Positions 1-9,408 of a stretch of 32,000 bases of DNA are shown here, one piece after another. The DNA lies in assembly GCF_014280175.1 (NCBI RefSeq), contig NZ_CP047931.1, positions 2,250,001 to 2,282,000 on the forward strand, given 5' to 3'. Position 1 is the stretch's first letter, and the number at the start of each line of letters is the position of its first letter. The position numbers and the translations under genes were made by a program. Below the pieces are notes generated by a model. The model saw nothing but the letters and a program-made list of their open reading frames with translations. It did not search any database and was not told the origin of the DNA. This DNA comes from Synechococcus sp. A15-28. GTDB taxonomy: Bacteria > Cyanobacteriota > Cyanobacteriia > PCC-6307 > Cyanobiaceae.

Positions 1-249
1 GAGGGCATCTCTGTCGATGAATTTGAAGGGAAACAATATTATATGGATGTGCATATTGCTTATCGCAGAGCCTGCCTAAATGCAATTGAATACTTGAAAA
101 AATTTGGTTATACAGGAGAACAGGCCTATCTCTTGCTGAGCTGCGCTCCGGTTGAAGGCAGGATCAGTGGAATTGTCGACATTCCAAATGCGTGCTGCAC
201 CCTTGCCATACCAACTTCCATATTTGACAAAGATATTCTCCCCTGCTAA
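1..249 (+). CDS. C-terminal part of a formamidase/acetamidase (FmdA/AmdA family), 5' truncated by the window
   Basis: Frame 1 is open from base 1 (EGISVDEFEGKQYYMDVHIAYRRACLNAIEYLKKFGYTGEQAYLLLSCAPVEGRISGIVDIPNACCTLAIPTSIFD) to TAA at 247-249. The 'EQAYLLLSCAPVEGRISGIVDIPNACCTLAIP' end is typical of the family, and an FmdB-like ORF follows. Confidence 0.85.
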   Translation, partial: EGISVDEFEGKQYYMDVHIAYRRACLNAIEYLKKFGYTGEQAYLLLSCAPVEGRISGIVDIPNACCTLAIPTSIFDKDILPC

Positions 250-283
250 GCACTTACTTCTACCATTATTTATCGATTTTCAC

Positions 284-568
284 ATGCCAGTCTACGAATA
301 TTCCTGCCAATCTAGTGAATGCCTCACCTATGAAGTATGGCGATCAATTGATCAACGTTCTGTTCAAACAGAATGCCCTACTTGTGGAAGAGAAGGCAAG
401 AGGATTTTCAATCCACCCATGGTGTTATCCTCATCTATTCGCTCGAAAATCGAAGTTAAGGAACCAAAACTTGTGAGCAAAAAAAATTCAATATATGCGA
501 CTGAGCCTTCAAAGCCTCGATTACGCACAAACGATTCACGTCCTTGGATGTTGAATCGAGGTTGCTAA
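284..568 (+). CDS. FmdB-type zinc-ribbon putative regulatory protein
   Basis: The ATG at 284 gives MPVYEYSCQSSEC...CPTCGREGKRIFNPP, with N-terminal 'MP.YEY.C' and CPTCG cysteine pairs. The track ORF 152-568 contains this in frame. Confidence 0.75.
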   Translation: MPVYEYSCQSSECLTYEVWRSIDQRSVQTECPTCGREGKRIFNPPMVLSSSIRSKIEVKEPKLVSKKNSIYATEPSKPRLRTNDSRPWMLNRGC

Positions 569-588
569 GAAAAGACTATCAAAATTAA

Positions 589-626
589 AAAAATGGGGTG
601 TGATTAAAAAATCACACCCCATTTTT
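589..626. terminator. Bidirectional intrinsic terminator between convergent genes
   Basis: Perfect 17-bp inverted repeat AAAAATGGGGTGTGATT / AATCACACCCCATTTTT with an AAAA loop, lying between the FmdB-like stop (568) and the urtE stop (634). Confidence 0.9.
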
Positions 627-633
627 ATTCTGA

Positions 634-1380
634 TTAAACTGTCAGGAATTCTTCAATCACATGATCTGATAATTGTGAGGTTGGACCACTCGATACAATA
701 CCACCTCGTTGCATCGCATAATAGAAATTAGACTGCTTCACAAAATGAAGGTGTTGCTCAACCAGAAGAACACTAATGCCTGTTTCTTTAATGATCCGTT
801 TGACAGCACGTTCAATGTCGAGAATAATCGACGGCTGGATCCCTTCGGTTGGCTCATCTAACAAAAGAAGCTTGGGCTTGCCAAGAAGTGCACGTGCAAT
901 CGCAAGTTGTTGCTGCTGACCTCCACTGAGGTCACCTCCACGTCGATTCAGAAACTGTTCAAGAATAGGAAACAATTCAAAAACAATGGGATCAATATGA
1001 CGATTTCGCCCCATCCCCCCAGACAATGATTCCATTCCGATCAAAAGATTCTCTCGAACTGTAATTCGAGGAATAATATCTCGGCCTTGGGAAACATAAC
1101 CAATTCCTCCCCTTGCTCGTTTATAAGGAGGCTGGTTAGTTAACATTTTTCCGTCATATTCAATCGAACCAGATCGTTGCTCGAGAAGACCAATGATCGT
1201 CTTTAGAAAGGTTGTCTTTCCCACTCCATTACGACCGATCAAACAAATCATTTCCCCCTCAGGGATATGCAGGTCAACATTTCTGAGAATGTGACTCTCG
1301 CCATAATAGACATTCAAGCCATTTGCTCGAAGAACTGTTTTTGCTGAGGTTGGATGTGTGGTGGTTGTCGTTTGTACCAT
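634..1380 (-). CDS. urtE: Urea ABC transporter ATP-binding protein UrtE
   Basis: Walker A GRNGVGKTT, signature LSGGQQQQLAIARAL, Walker B LLLLDEPTEGIQPSI. Last gene of the urt cluster. Confidence 0.93.
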   Translation of the reverse strand: MVQTTTTTHPTSAKTVLRANGLNVYYGESHILRNVDLHIPEGEMICLIGRNGVGKTTFLKTIIGLLEQRSGSIEYDGKMLTNQPPYKRARGGIGYVSQGRDIIPRITVRENLLIGMESLSGGMGRNRHIDPIVFELFPILEQFLNRRGGDLSGGQQQQLAIARALLGKPKLLLLDEPTEGIQPSIILDIERAVKRIIKETGISVLLVEQHLHFVKQSNFYYAMQRGGIVSSGPTSQLSDHVIEEFLTV

Positions 1381-1412
1381 GATCTTTAAAGGGATTAGTG
1401 AATAAAAAGATA

Positions 1413-2156
1413 CTATTCAGATTGACCGAGATAAACCTCAATCACTTTTGGATCAGACTTTACCTCATCAAGTGAACCTTCCGTCAACAACTGCCCTTGA
1501 TGCAACACAGTGACTGGTGCGGCAAGATCACGAATAAACTCCATATCATGCTCAATTACCACCACGGTATGTTCACCTGCAAGGGATTTAATCAGTTCAG
1601 CTGTTTTGTTCGTCTCGTCATCGGTCAAGCCTGCCACTGGCTCGTCCAGAAGAATGATATCTGGAGATTGAGCAACAAGCATTGAAATCGCAAGCCATTG
1701 TTTTTGGCCGTGAGACAAAGAACCGGCCAAGACCTTTGCATAAGGAGCAAGGCCCACATAATCCATCAAGCGATAGACCTCATCTTTAGCCGTGTTATTG
1801 AGTTTTTCAAACATAAGACTGAATGGCATCTTGCTCGGTGAAGCAGCCAACTCAAGATTTCTAGAGACCGAAAGATTTTCAAACACGCGAGGTGTCTGAA
1901 ACTTACGACCAACACCTAGTCTTGAAATCTTCTGTTCCGAAAAACCAATAATGCTGGAACCTCGCAGGGAGACTGAGCCTTTGGTTGGCTTAACCTTTCC
2001 AGTGATGACATCTAGAAAAGTTGTTTTACCAGCGCCATTGGGTCCAATGATTGATCTTAACTCACCATGCTCTAGTGAGATGGAAAGATCAGTCAATGCG
2101 AAGAAACCATCAAAATCAACGCTGACATCGTTCAATTCAAGAATTGGTGTTGACAT
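1413..2156 (-). CDS. urtD: Urea ABC transporter ATP-binding protein UrtD
   Basis: GPNGAGKTTFLDVITG, LSHGQKQWLAISMLVAQSPDIILLDEPVAGLTDDET, LivG/UrtD type. Confidence 0.93.
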   Translation of the reverse strand: MSTPILELNDVSVDFDGFFALTDLSISLEHGELRSIIGPNGAGKTTFLDVITGKVKPTKGSVSLRGSSIIGFSEQKISRLGVGRKFQTPRVFENLSVSRNLELAASPSKMPFSLMFEKLNNTAKDEVYRLMDYVGLAPYAKVLAGSLSHGQKQWLAISMLVAQSPDIILLDEPVAGLTDDETNKTAELIKSLAGEHTVVVIEHDMEFIRDLAAPVTVLHQGQLLTEGSLDEVKSDPKVIEVYLGQSE

Positions 2157-2206
2157 TGCTTAAACAGTGTTGGTTGACATGAAGAAGAAGGTTGTTTAAA
2201 AGCAAA

Positions 2207-3328
2207 CTATTGTGATTCAACTGTGTAACTTTTATCCATTTCTAATTTTGGATAAGTCGAAGATTTTTTGGCAATTCCAAAGGCTGCCAACATCGAAGTA
2301 AATCCACCATTCTTGAACCATCCATAAATACCATCCGGCATCAACACAACCACGAAGATAAACAGACCACCCTGCACAAACAACCAGGCTTCTGGTAGTG
2401 CTTCACTGACAAGGCTTCGTAAGTAGTTCACCAAAACGGCGCCTATAATCGGTCCGATCAATGTTCCACGACCACCAACGGCGACCCAAATCACCATTTC
2501 AATAGACATTGAAATGGCCATGTACTGAGGTGAAACGATACCTGACTGAACTGTATAAAGTGCACCTGAAATGCCAGCCAAGCCACCAGCAACTAAAAAG
2601 ACGATCACTTTAAAAGGAACCGGATTAAACCCACTGAAACGGAGTCGTGCTTCATCATCTCTGATCCCGATCAAAGCATCACCAAAACGACCACTCGTTA
2701 AAAACTTACATAAGAGATAGGCAAACGGGAGTATTATAAGTGTAATCCGATAGAACATAATCTGAGCATCATCGGAGCCCACGATCATTCCGAAGATCTC
2801 CGTTGTGCTCGTCTTAAGGCCATTCGTTCCATTAACAAGCTTCTGCTGACCATTGAAAAAATGGTAAAAAACCATCAAAGAAGCCTGAGTAATAATAGAA
2901 AAATAAACACCCTTGATTCTGTTTCTAAAAATCAAATATCCGACAAGGCCAGCAACCACAGCAGGAATTAACCATATAGCAATCAATGTCCAAGGGAATG
3001 ACCAGAATGGTTGCCAGAAAAACGGAAGGTTATCAACACCATAATTCTCAAAGAACTTAGGCAGACCATTAGCACCAGTGGTGAAATCATTGTTAGTCAC
3101 CAAGAGAAGATGCATGGCTATGGCATAACCACCCAAGGCAAAGAAGATACCTTGACCAAGACTTAGGAGTCCGGTATATCCCCAGATCAGGTCGATACCT
3201 AAAGCAATGATAGCTAAAGAAAAATACCTACCGAAAAGGTTAAGGCGGAACTGTGAAAGAATCGCTGGTAGGACAAAGAATGCGAAGGCGAGAAGAAGCC
3301 AGGGAATCAGCTTTTTGAAAATTTTCAT
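2207..3328 (-). CDS. urtC: Urea ABC transporter permease UrtC
   Basis: Hydrophobic LivM-like permease (LGIDLIWGYTGLLSLGQGIFFALGGYAIAMHLL...VAVGGRGTLIGPIIGAVLVNYLRS). Confidence 0.93.
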   Translation of the reverse strand: MKIFKKLIPWLLLAFAFFVLPAILSQFRLNLFGRYFSLAIIALGIDLIWGYTGLLSLGQGIFFALGGYAIAMHLLLVTNNDFTTGANGLPKFFENYGVDNLPFFWQPFWSFPWTLIAIWLIPAVVAGLVGYLIFRNRIKGVYFSIITQASLMVFYHFFNGQQKLVNGTNGLKTSTTEIFGMIVGSDDAQIMFYRITLIILPFAYLLCKFLTSGRFGDALIGIRDDEARLRFSGFNPVPFKVIVFLVAGGLAGISGALYTVQSGIVSPQYMAISMSIEMVIWVAVGGRGTLIGPIIGAVLVNYLRSLVSEALPEAWLFVQGGLFIFVVVLMPDGIYGWFKNGGFTSMLAAFGIAKKSSTYPKLEMDKSYTVESQ

Positions 3329-3345
3329 GGTAAAAACCGTAGTAA

Positions 3346-4503
3346 TCAGGATTCGACAGATCGTCCCTTTTGAGGGAACATCCCAGTGGGTTTAAATTGA
3401 AGGAACGTAATAATAAAGATAAATATCAGCACATATGACATACTTGTTGTGGCAAAGAACTCAATCACAGCAGCAGGACCAGCCGGTATATTGTCGAAAG
3501 CAATTAAGATGGCACCAGATCCAATGATGGATTGAATGATGCCAAGCATCATCGAAGCAATCACAGTACCAACAAGATTTCCAACTCCCCCTAGAACAAT
3601 AACCATAAAGCAAGAAACGATATAGGCCGCTCCAAGATTGGGTCCTACAGAGCCAAGCAGAGTGATCGCACTACCAGCAACACCAGCTAAGCCTGATCCA
3701 ATCCCGAAGGTGATGCTGTCGACACTATCAGTGGGAATACCCAAGCAATTGCTCATCTGGCGATTTTGAGTGACAGCACGGATACGTAAACCCCAAACAC
3801 TCTTTGTGAGGAACCATGCTACAAACGCAAGCAGCAGAGCCGAAAGGATAATGATAAAAATTCGAATACCTGGCAACTCAATCCCCGCAATGGAACCCCA
3901 GCTTCCTTGCAACCATTTCGGAGCTGTCACGTCAATATTGCGAGGTCCAAACCAAGCTTTAGAGAGCATCTTAGAAGCTGTCATCGCATTAATTGAAATA
4001 AATCCAATCGCTGATGCCACAACCCAAGCAAAACCTGATAAATAAGGGTAGAAATTAGCACTTTTAAGCTTTGCTGGTGAAAATCGTTGAGAGAAATAAC
4101 CTAGCAATATCGCAATTAATATACCTAAAACCATACTTGTTGAAACACTGCGTATAAATTGAATCAGCACAAGGCTGACACCCCAAGTAGCAAGCAATGT
4201 CTCAAGCGGTCGGCCATATAATTGCCGTATTAATGTTCTTTCCAGAAGAATGCCGACAATTCCAGTAATGACAAAGGCAAAAAATAATGCGAAAAAATAA
4301 TAGAGTTGGAAAACACCCTCGCCAAGAGGCTTGAACATGTTTTGAGTGACAAAAGTCACGTAAGCTCCAACCATCATCAACTCGCCATGAGCGAGATTGA
4401 TTACCCCCATCAAACCAAAAACGATGGCAAGGCCAGTCGCCGCAAGAAGCAAAACTGACCCAATGCTGAGCCCATCAAGGAGCTGTGAAAAAATTAATTC
4501 CAT
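3346..4503 (-). CDS. urtB: Urea ABC transporter permease UrtB
   Basis: LivH-like permease (MELIFSQLLDGLSIGSVLLLAATGLAIVFGLMGVINLAHGELMMVGAYVTF). ATG taken at 4503; the track ORF extends to 4548. Confidence 0.92.
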   Translation of the reverse strand: MELIFSQLLDGLSIGSVLLLAATGLAIVFGLMGVINLAHGELMMVGAYVTFVTQNMFKPLGEGVFQLYYFFALFFAFVITGIVGILLERTLIRQLYGRPLETLLATWGVSLVLIQFIRSVSTSMVLGILIAILLGYFSQRFSPAKLKSANFYPYLSGFAWVVASAIGFISINAMTASKMLSKAWFGPRNIDVTAPKWLQGSWGSIAGIELPGIRIFIIILSALLLAFVAWFLTKSVWGLRIRAVTQNRQMSNCLGIPTDSVDSITFGIGSGLAGVAGSAITLLGSVGPNLGAAYIVSCFMVIVLGGVGNLVGTVIASMMLGIIQSIIGSGAILIAFDNIPAGPAAVIEFFATTSMSYVLIFIFIITFLQFKPTGMFPQKGRSVES

Positions 4504-4574
4504 CAGTACATGGGGTAAAAAAAAGGCCACAAGTTTATTGTGGCCCACTATTCAAAGAAATTCAGAAGTAACGA

Positions 4575-5882
4575 TTACATCTTGAACTTTCCGGCATCAG
4601 CACGATCAAGGGTCCAGTCGCACTTGTAGCCTTTGGTCTCAGGAACGTACTGGTTCCAAGTGATAGGAGGAACAGGGGTCTTGCTGTCCCAGAGAATCTC
4701 AAACTGACCATCCTCCTTAGCCTCACCAATCCGCACAGTCTGTGAGATGTGGTGATTGGGATACATCTCAATCGGACCCTGAGGAGCATCGAGCTTAATT
4801 CCGATCAGTGCATTCCGGACAGCATCCAGATCTTCATAAGTGCCAGCCTTCTCAACAGCAGCCTTCCAGAGGTAAACCATGTTGTAAGCCGACTCCATCG
4901 GATCGTTCGTCACACGATCATCACCGTACTCAGCAAGGAATGCTGAATTGAAGGTATCGGAGGCCGAGGATCCGAGGGACATGAAATAGTTCCAGGCCGC
5001 ATAAGTGCCGCCCACATACTCAGGTCCGATCTGACGGATCTCCTCCTCAGCGATGGAGAAGGACATGATCGGATACTTTTCCGGAGTAATTCCTGCTGCC
5101 TTGAACTGCTTGAACAGGGCAACGTTGGAATCACCGTTCAGAGTGTTGATGATGATTCCACCATCAGGGAACTCCTTCTTGATCTTGGCGATGATAGGTG
5201 CCACCTCAGTGTTGCCCAGAGGGATGTAGTCCTCACCGACTGTCTCACCACCCAGGCTCTTGACCTGCTCTTTGATGATGGTGTTAGCAGTTCTGGGGTA
5301 GACGTAGTCAGAACCAACCAAATAAACCTTCTTGCCGTACTTGTCGGCGAACTGCTCAAACAGCCAGTCAACAGCGGGCTCAGCCTGCTGGTTGGGGACA
5401 GCGCCGGTGTAGAAGATGTTCTTGGAGCACTCCTGACCTTCGTACTGAATTGGGTAGAAGAGGAAGTGATCCTTGGCTTCGTAAACCGGAAGCATTGCCT
5501 TCCGACTTGCGGATGTCCAGCCGCCAAACACAACGGCAACCTTATCGGCGTCGATCAGCTTCTGTGACTTCTCCGCGAAGGTAGGCCAATCTGAAGCACC
5601 ATCTTCAGAGGTGTAGGTGATCTTGTAGCTCTTGCCATCGATTTTGACGCCACCGTCGGCATTGATTTCCTTGATCGCCATCTCCTCGACTTCTTTTAGA
5701 GTCGTTTCGGAGATCGCCATCGTTCCGCTAAGGGAATGAAGGATGCCAACTTTGATTTCACCATCAAAATCTGCACCACCACCAGCGGAATCACCACTAT
5801 CTCCGCCACAGGCGGTCATTGTGACTCCCACTGTTGTGGCAGCGAAAGCAGCTAGCAGACGCTTCGTAAACGTTGAATTCAT
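4575..5882 (-). CDS. urtA: Urea ABC transporter substrate-binding protein UrtA (lipoprotein)
   Basis: Lipobox-like N-terminus ...TMTACGGDSG, then IKVGILHSLSGTMAISETTLKEVEEMAIKEINADGG. Directly upstream of urtBCDE. ATG assumed at 5882 (MNSTFTKR); 5894 is possible. Confidence 0.93.
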   Translation of the reverse strand: MNSTFTKRLLAAFAATTVGVTMTACGGDSGDSAGGGADFDGEIKVGILHSLSGTMAISETTLKEVEEMAIKEINADGGVKIDGKSYKITYTSEDGASDWPTFAEKSQKLIDADKVAVVFGGWTSASRKAMLPVYEAKDHFLFYPIQYEGQECSKNIFYTGAVPNQQAEPAVDWLFEQFADKYGKKVYLVGSDYVYPRTANTIIKEQVKSLGGETVGEDYIPLGNTEVAPIIAKIKKEFPDGGIIINTLNGDSNVALFKQFKAAGITPEKYPIMSFSIAEEEIRQIGPEYVGGTYAAWNYFMSLGSSASDTFNSAFLAEYGDDRVTNDPMESAYNMVYLWKAAVEKAGTYEDLDAVRNALIGIKLDAPQGPIEMYPNHHISQTVRIGEAKEDGQFEILWDSKTPVPPITWNQYVPETKGYKCDWTLDRADAGKFKM

Positions 5883-5929
5883 GAAGAAAGACACACGGTG
5901 GATGAGACCGCCATGAGGGCGACATTAGA

Positions 5930-5972
5930 ACCGTATGAACCGTCCAGGACCCGATTTGTATCGACTACGACA
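5930..5972 (-). promoter_or_regulatory. Putative NtcA-activated (class II) promoter of urtA
   Basis: On the minus strand: TGTC-GTAGTCGA-TACA (near consensus TGTA-N8-TACA) at 5957-5972, then a 22-nt spacer from the TAC triplet to TACGGT (TAN3T, fwd 5930-5935), about 48 bp upstream of the urtA ATG. Confidence 0.6.
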
Positions 5973-5999
5973 TTTTGAGAATTGCCGCGATTCGTTGAC

Positions 6000-6602
6000 T
6001 TAATTCGGTAGCTGTTGCAACACAAATGCCTCCACTTCCTTCAATCCTTCGCCGCTCTGGAGATTGGTGAAACACCAGGGACGCTCGCCCCGCATTCGCT
6101 GAGTGTCCGCCTCCATCACCGAGAGGTCGGCACCCACTAGGGGTGCCAGGTCGATCTTGTTGATCACCAGCAGATCGGATCGGGTGATGCCAGGCCCTCC
6201 CTTGCGGGGAATCTTGTCCCCAGCGGCGACATCGATCACATAAATGCAGAGGTCCACCAACTCCGGACTGAAGCTGGCAGCCAAGTTGTCGCCACCGCTT
6301 TCCACCATCACAAGATCCAGATCCGGAAACTGTTTCTCCAAATCGGCCACAGCCGCCCGGTTGATGGAACAGTCCTCACGGATCGCCGTATGCGGACAGC
6401 CGCCCGTTTCCACGCCGCGGATCCGTTCCGGCTCAAGGGCGCCAGCGCGCGTCAAAAATTGCGCATCTTCCTGGGTGTAGATGTCGTTGGTGACAACAGC
6501 CAGCTCAAGCTGACCGCGCAGTCTGTGGCAAAGCGCCTCCACCAACGCAGTTTTGCCGGAACCGACCGGACCGGCCACCCCAAGACGCAACTTGCTGCTC
6601 AT
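6000..6602 (-). CDS. ureG: Urease accessory GTPase UreG
   Basis: [50 protein letters not shown]. Confidence 0.97.
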   Translation of the reverse strand: MSSKLRLGVAGPVGSGKTALVEALCHRLRGQLELAVVTNDIYTQEDAQFLTRAGALEPERIRGVETGGCPHTAIREDCSINRAAVADLEKQFPDLDLVMVESGGDNLAASFSPELVDLCIYVIDVAAGDKIPRKGGPGITRSDLLVINKIDLAPLVGADLSVMEADTQRMRGERPWCFTNLQSGEGLKEVEAFVLQQLPN

Positions 6603-7270
6603 CAGCTCCGAAACAAGCGGGAATACAACTCAGCATGAGCGAGCTGCGCCATGCCAGCCCCAACGCCGCTGGTCCACAACTGCCGGGGATCCCGTCGTTG
6701 CAGCTGCTCGGCCTGCCCAATGATGAATGGCAGCAAGCGGTTCTGCAGCTGCTGAGCCCGGCTGGGGCCCAACGGCAAGAGCCGCACCGCAGCACTGAGC
6801 TGATTGGCGACCCAGCCGTAGAGGTAGCCCTCCACCATCTCGCTCTCCGCCACCCCCAAGGCCTGCGCTGCCCATGCCCAGGCCGCTGGCCAGCTCAACG
6901 CCACCTGCTCCGGCAAGGGGTGGCCCATCTCCGCGAGGAGATTGAGCAACGACCCACCCATCTGTCGTTGCTGAGCCCGCAGTTCAGCCGATTCACGACC
7001 GGCCAGCAGCCAGCCATCAAGATCCAGCACCCGGCAGCAGGCCGCGGTCTCTCCTGCTGACCATGCCGTGAATGCACGCAGCAGCGATGGCAACGCCGCC
7101 GCCTCCAATCGGATCGCCCCCCGCGACAGCTCCGCCTCCAACCAGGCCTGCAGTTGCTGCTCATCTCTGATCGTCTCCGACTGGATCAGAACTTCCAATC
7201 CCTCCGAATAACTGAAGCCACCAACCGGCAGAGCGGGGCTCACCAGCTGCAGCAGCGCCAGCGAACTCAT
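6602..7270 (-). CDS. ureF: Urease accessory protein UreF
   Basis: [23 protein letters not shown]...LLNLLAEMG. Overlaps the neighbouring ureG and ureE ends. Confidence 0.93.
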   Translation of the reverse strand: MSSLALLQLVSPALPVGGFSYSEGLEVLIQSETIRDEQQLQAWLEAELSRGAIRLEAAALPSLLRAFTAWSAGETAACCRVLDLDGWLLAGRESAELRAQQRQMGGSLLNLLAEMGHPLPEQVALSWPAAWAWAAQALGVAESEMVEGYLYGWVANQLSAAVRLLPLGPSRAQQLQNRLLPFIIGQAEQLQRRDPRQLWTSGVGAGMAQLAHAELYSRLFRS

Positions 7271-7719
7271 CCGTGCTGATGGCCTGCGTAGGCGCCGCCT
7301 TCGGGCCGGAACGGTCGCTGACAGCGACTGAGCTGCAGACCACGGCTTTCCAGCATCGTCGCCAACACGGCGTCCTCCAGCAGATACAGATCCTGCTCAT
7401 GCAGCTCGAGGGCCACATGTCTGTTTCCCAGGTGATAAGCCGCCTGCATCAACGCCAAGGCTGATGTCGCCCGCACCCGCAACAGCGCTTCGGTGGCTGC
7501 CGTCACTTCCACCCTGGCTGTACCAGCGGCATCACTGAGCTGATCCCCTGGCTGCAGGGCCCCGTCCCTTGGCAACTGCAACAGCACCTCCCGGCCACAG
7601 TCCGTGCGGCGACGGCCACGCACAACGCTGCGTTCATCCGCCGTGAGCGGCAACAGCAGATCAGCTTGATCAGCCCTGGCGGCAAGCCGTTGATCCAGAA
7701 CAAGAACGGCCTGCGTCAC
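7267..7719 (-). CDS. ureE: Urease accessory protein UreE
   Basis: AAYHLGNRHVALELHEQDLYLLEDAVLATMLESRGL...[14 protein letters not shown] with a His-containing tail. Apparent GTG start. Confidence 0.9.
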   Translation of the reverse strand: MTQAVLVLDQRLAARADQADLLLPLTADERSVVRGRRRTDCGREVLLQLPRDGALQPGDQLSDAAGTARVEVTAATEALLRVRATSALALMQAAYHLGNRHVALELHEQDLYLLEDAVLATMLESRGLQLSRCQRPFRPEGGAYAGHQHG

Positions 7720-7721
7720 CC

Positions 7722-8753
7722 GTGCTTCACGTAGAAACTCAAGCCTGCCCAGCCGTGGGCCAGCATTTGGTGATGGTTGTTACCGAGCTTCATCCCACGG
7801 CGAAGGAGCGTGCCCCCATGCAATCCCTTGAGCCCTGGCACGGCCGCTGCCGGCTGCAGTTCCAAACCACCAACGGCAGCACCAAACACCAGGGGGGATG
7901 CACAGCTCCGTTCAAGCTGCTGCGGGCAGACGTGGGGGATCACGGCCGCTGTGAGCTGCCCCTTCTCCACACCGCCGGCGGCCTGGTGGGAGGCGATGAG
8001 CTCAGCATTGAGCTTGACCTCGGCCCTGACAGTCGCAGCCTGATCACCAGCGTGGCGGCCCAGAAGGTCTACGGCTCCGTGGGCCGCAGCCGTCTCCATC
8101 CCGACGGAGCCTGGACCCAGCAGTCCGTGACCTGCAGGTTGGAAGACACCAGTGATCTGGAGTGGCTGCCCCAAGAACTGGTGCTCTACGCGGACGCGTT
8201 GTTCCAGCAGACCCTAACGGTGAGCCTGCCGAACAACGCCTCATTTCTCAGCGCCGAGATCGTGCGGCTGGGGCGCACCGCCGCAGGGGAGCAGCTAAGT
8301 CGCGGGCGCTGGCGCTCCTGCCTTGAGATTCAGCGCGAAGGGGCGCACCAGCCCCGATGGGAGCTGGTGGACCGGCTGGAACTGAGCGACACCAGCCTCA
8401 ACGACCCCCACGGACTTGGTGGTGCTCCCGTGTTCGGCTCACTGGTTTGGGCAGCACCAATGCCCTTGACCGGTGAGCAGATCACCCTGCTGCTGGCGGG
8501 AGCCCGCAGCGACCGTGACGGCCTTGAGGGAACCATGCGCTGCAGCAGCCTTGATCAAGGGCTGATCGCCCGCTACGCCGGCCCCTCCAGCCGCGATGCC
8601 CGCTTCTGGTTCAGCCGAATCTGGGCACGAACCCGCGCCTTACGGGGACTCTCCACGCCGCGCATTCCTCGGGTCTGGCCCCTGCAGGAACAGCCGTTGA
8701 TGGGACAACCGTTCACGGCGAACGCTTCACCGACCGCTGCAACGACACACTGA
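7722..8753 (+). CDS. ureD: Urease accessory protein UreD/UreH (start uncertain; ATG at 7818 also plausible)
   Basis: WHGRCRLQFQTTNG...CTAPFKLLRA...LPLLHTAGGLVGGDELSIELDLGPDSRSLITSVAAQKVYGSVG; upstream of ureABC. Confidence 0.9.
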   Translation: MLHVETQACPAVGQHLVMVVTELHPTAKERAPMQSLEPWHGRCRLQFQTTNGSTKHQGGCTAPFKLLRADVGDHGRCELPLLHTAGGLVGGDELSIELDLGPDSRSLITSVAAQKVYGSVGRSRLHPDGAWTQQSVTCRLEDTSDLEWLPQELVLYADALFQQTLTVSLPNNASFLSAEIVRLGRTAAGEQLSRGRWRSCLEIQREGAHQPRWELVDRLELSDTSLNDPHGLGGAPVFGSLVWAAPMPLTGEQITLLLAGARSDRDGLEGTMRCSSLDQGLIARYAGPSSRDARFWFSRIWARTRALRGLSTPRIPRVWPLQEQPLMGQPFTANASPTAATTH

Positions 8754-8771
8754 AGAGGACCCAGGCTCTCC

Positions 8772-9074
8772 ATGCATCTCAGTCCCCAGGAAAAGGACAA
8801 GCTCCTGATCGTGACCGCGGCGCTGCTGGCCGAGAGGCGCTTGAACCGTGGCCTGAAGCTCAACCACCCCGAAGCAGTGGCCTGGCTCAGTTTTCTGGTG
8901 CTTGAAGGCGCCCGTGACGGCAAGAGCGTGGCGGAGCTGATGCAGGAAGGCACCACCTGGCTGCGTCAGGACCAGGTGATGGAGGGCGTACCCGAGCTCG
9001 TCCATGAGGTGCAGATCGAGGCCGTCTTCCCCGATGGCACCAAGCTCGTCACCCTGCATGACCCGATTCGCTGA
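8772..9074 (+). CDS. ureA: Urease gamma subunit
   Basis: [57 protein letters not shown]...[27 protein letters not shown]. Confidence 0.98.
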   Translation: MHLSPQEKDKLLIVTAALLAERRLNRGLKLNHPEAVAWLSFLVLEGARDGKSVAELMQEGTTWLRQDQVMEGVPELVHEVQIEAVFPDGTKLVTLHDPIR

Positions 9075-9084
9075 GACAGAACCC

Positions 9085-9405
9085 ATGGCACCTCTCATTC
9101 CAGGCGAACTGCTTCCCGAACCGGGTGAACTCGAACTGAATGCAGGCCGACCCGTCACCACGGTGAGCGTCTCCAACAGTGGGGATCGCCCTGTGCAAGT
9201 GGGCTCCCATTTCCATTTCGCCGAAGCCAACGCCGCCCTGCAGTTCGACCGGGCCGCAGCCCGCGGTCAACGGCTCGACATCCCCGCCGGCACGGCCATC
9301 CGCTTTGAACCCGGCGACAGCCGCGACGTGAACCTGATTCCCTTCGCCGGTGCGCGACGCGTCATCGGCTTCAACGGCCAGATCAACGGACCCCTCGACG
9401 CCTGA
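9085..9405 (+). CDS. ureB: Urease beta subunit
   Basis: [78 protein letters not shown]. The ATG at 9085 is internal to the listed ORF 9004-9405. Confidence 0.98.
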   Translation: MAPLIPGELLPEPGELELNAGRPVTTVSVSNSGDRPVQVGSHFHFAEANAALQFDRAAARGQRLDIPAGTAIRFEPGDSRDVNLIPFAGARRVIGFNGQINGPLDA

Positions 9406-9408
9406 CCC

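Noticed and set aside
7770-7783. GTG-ATGGTTGT-TAC as an NtcA site between ureE and ureD
   Set aside because: One mismatch and no TAN3T at the right spacing on either strand; it may also lie inside the ureD coding region depending on the start. Too weak to list.
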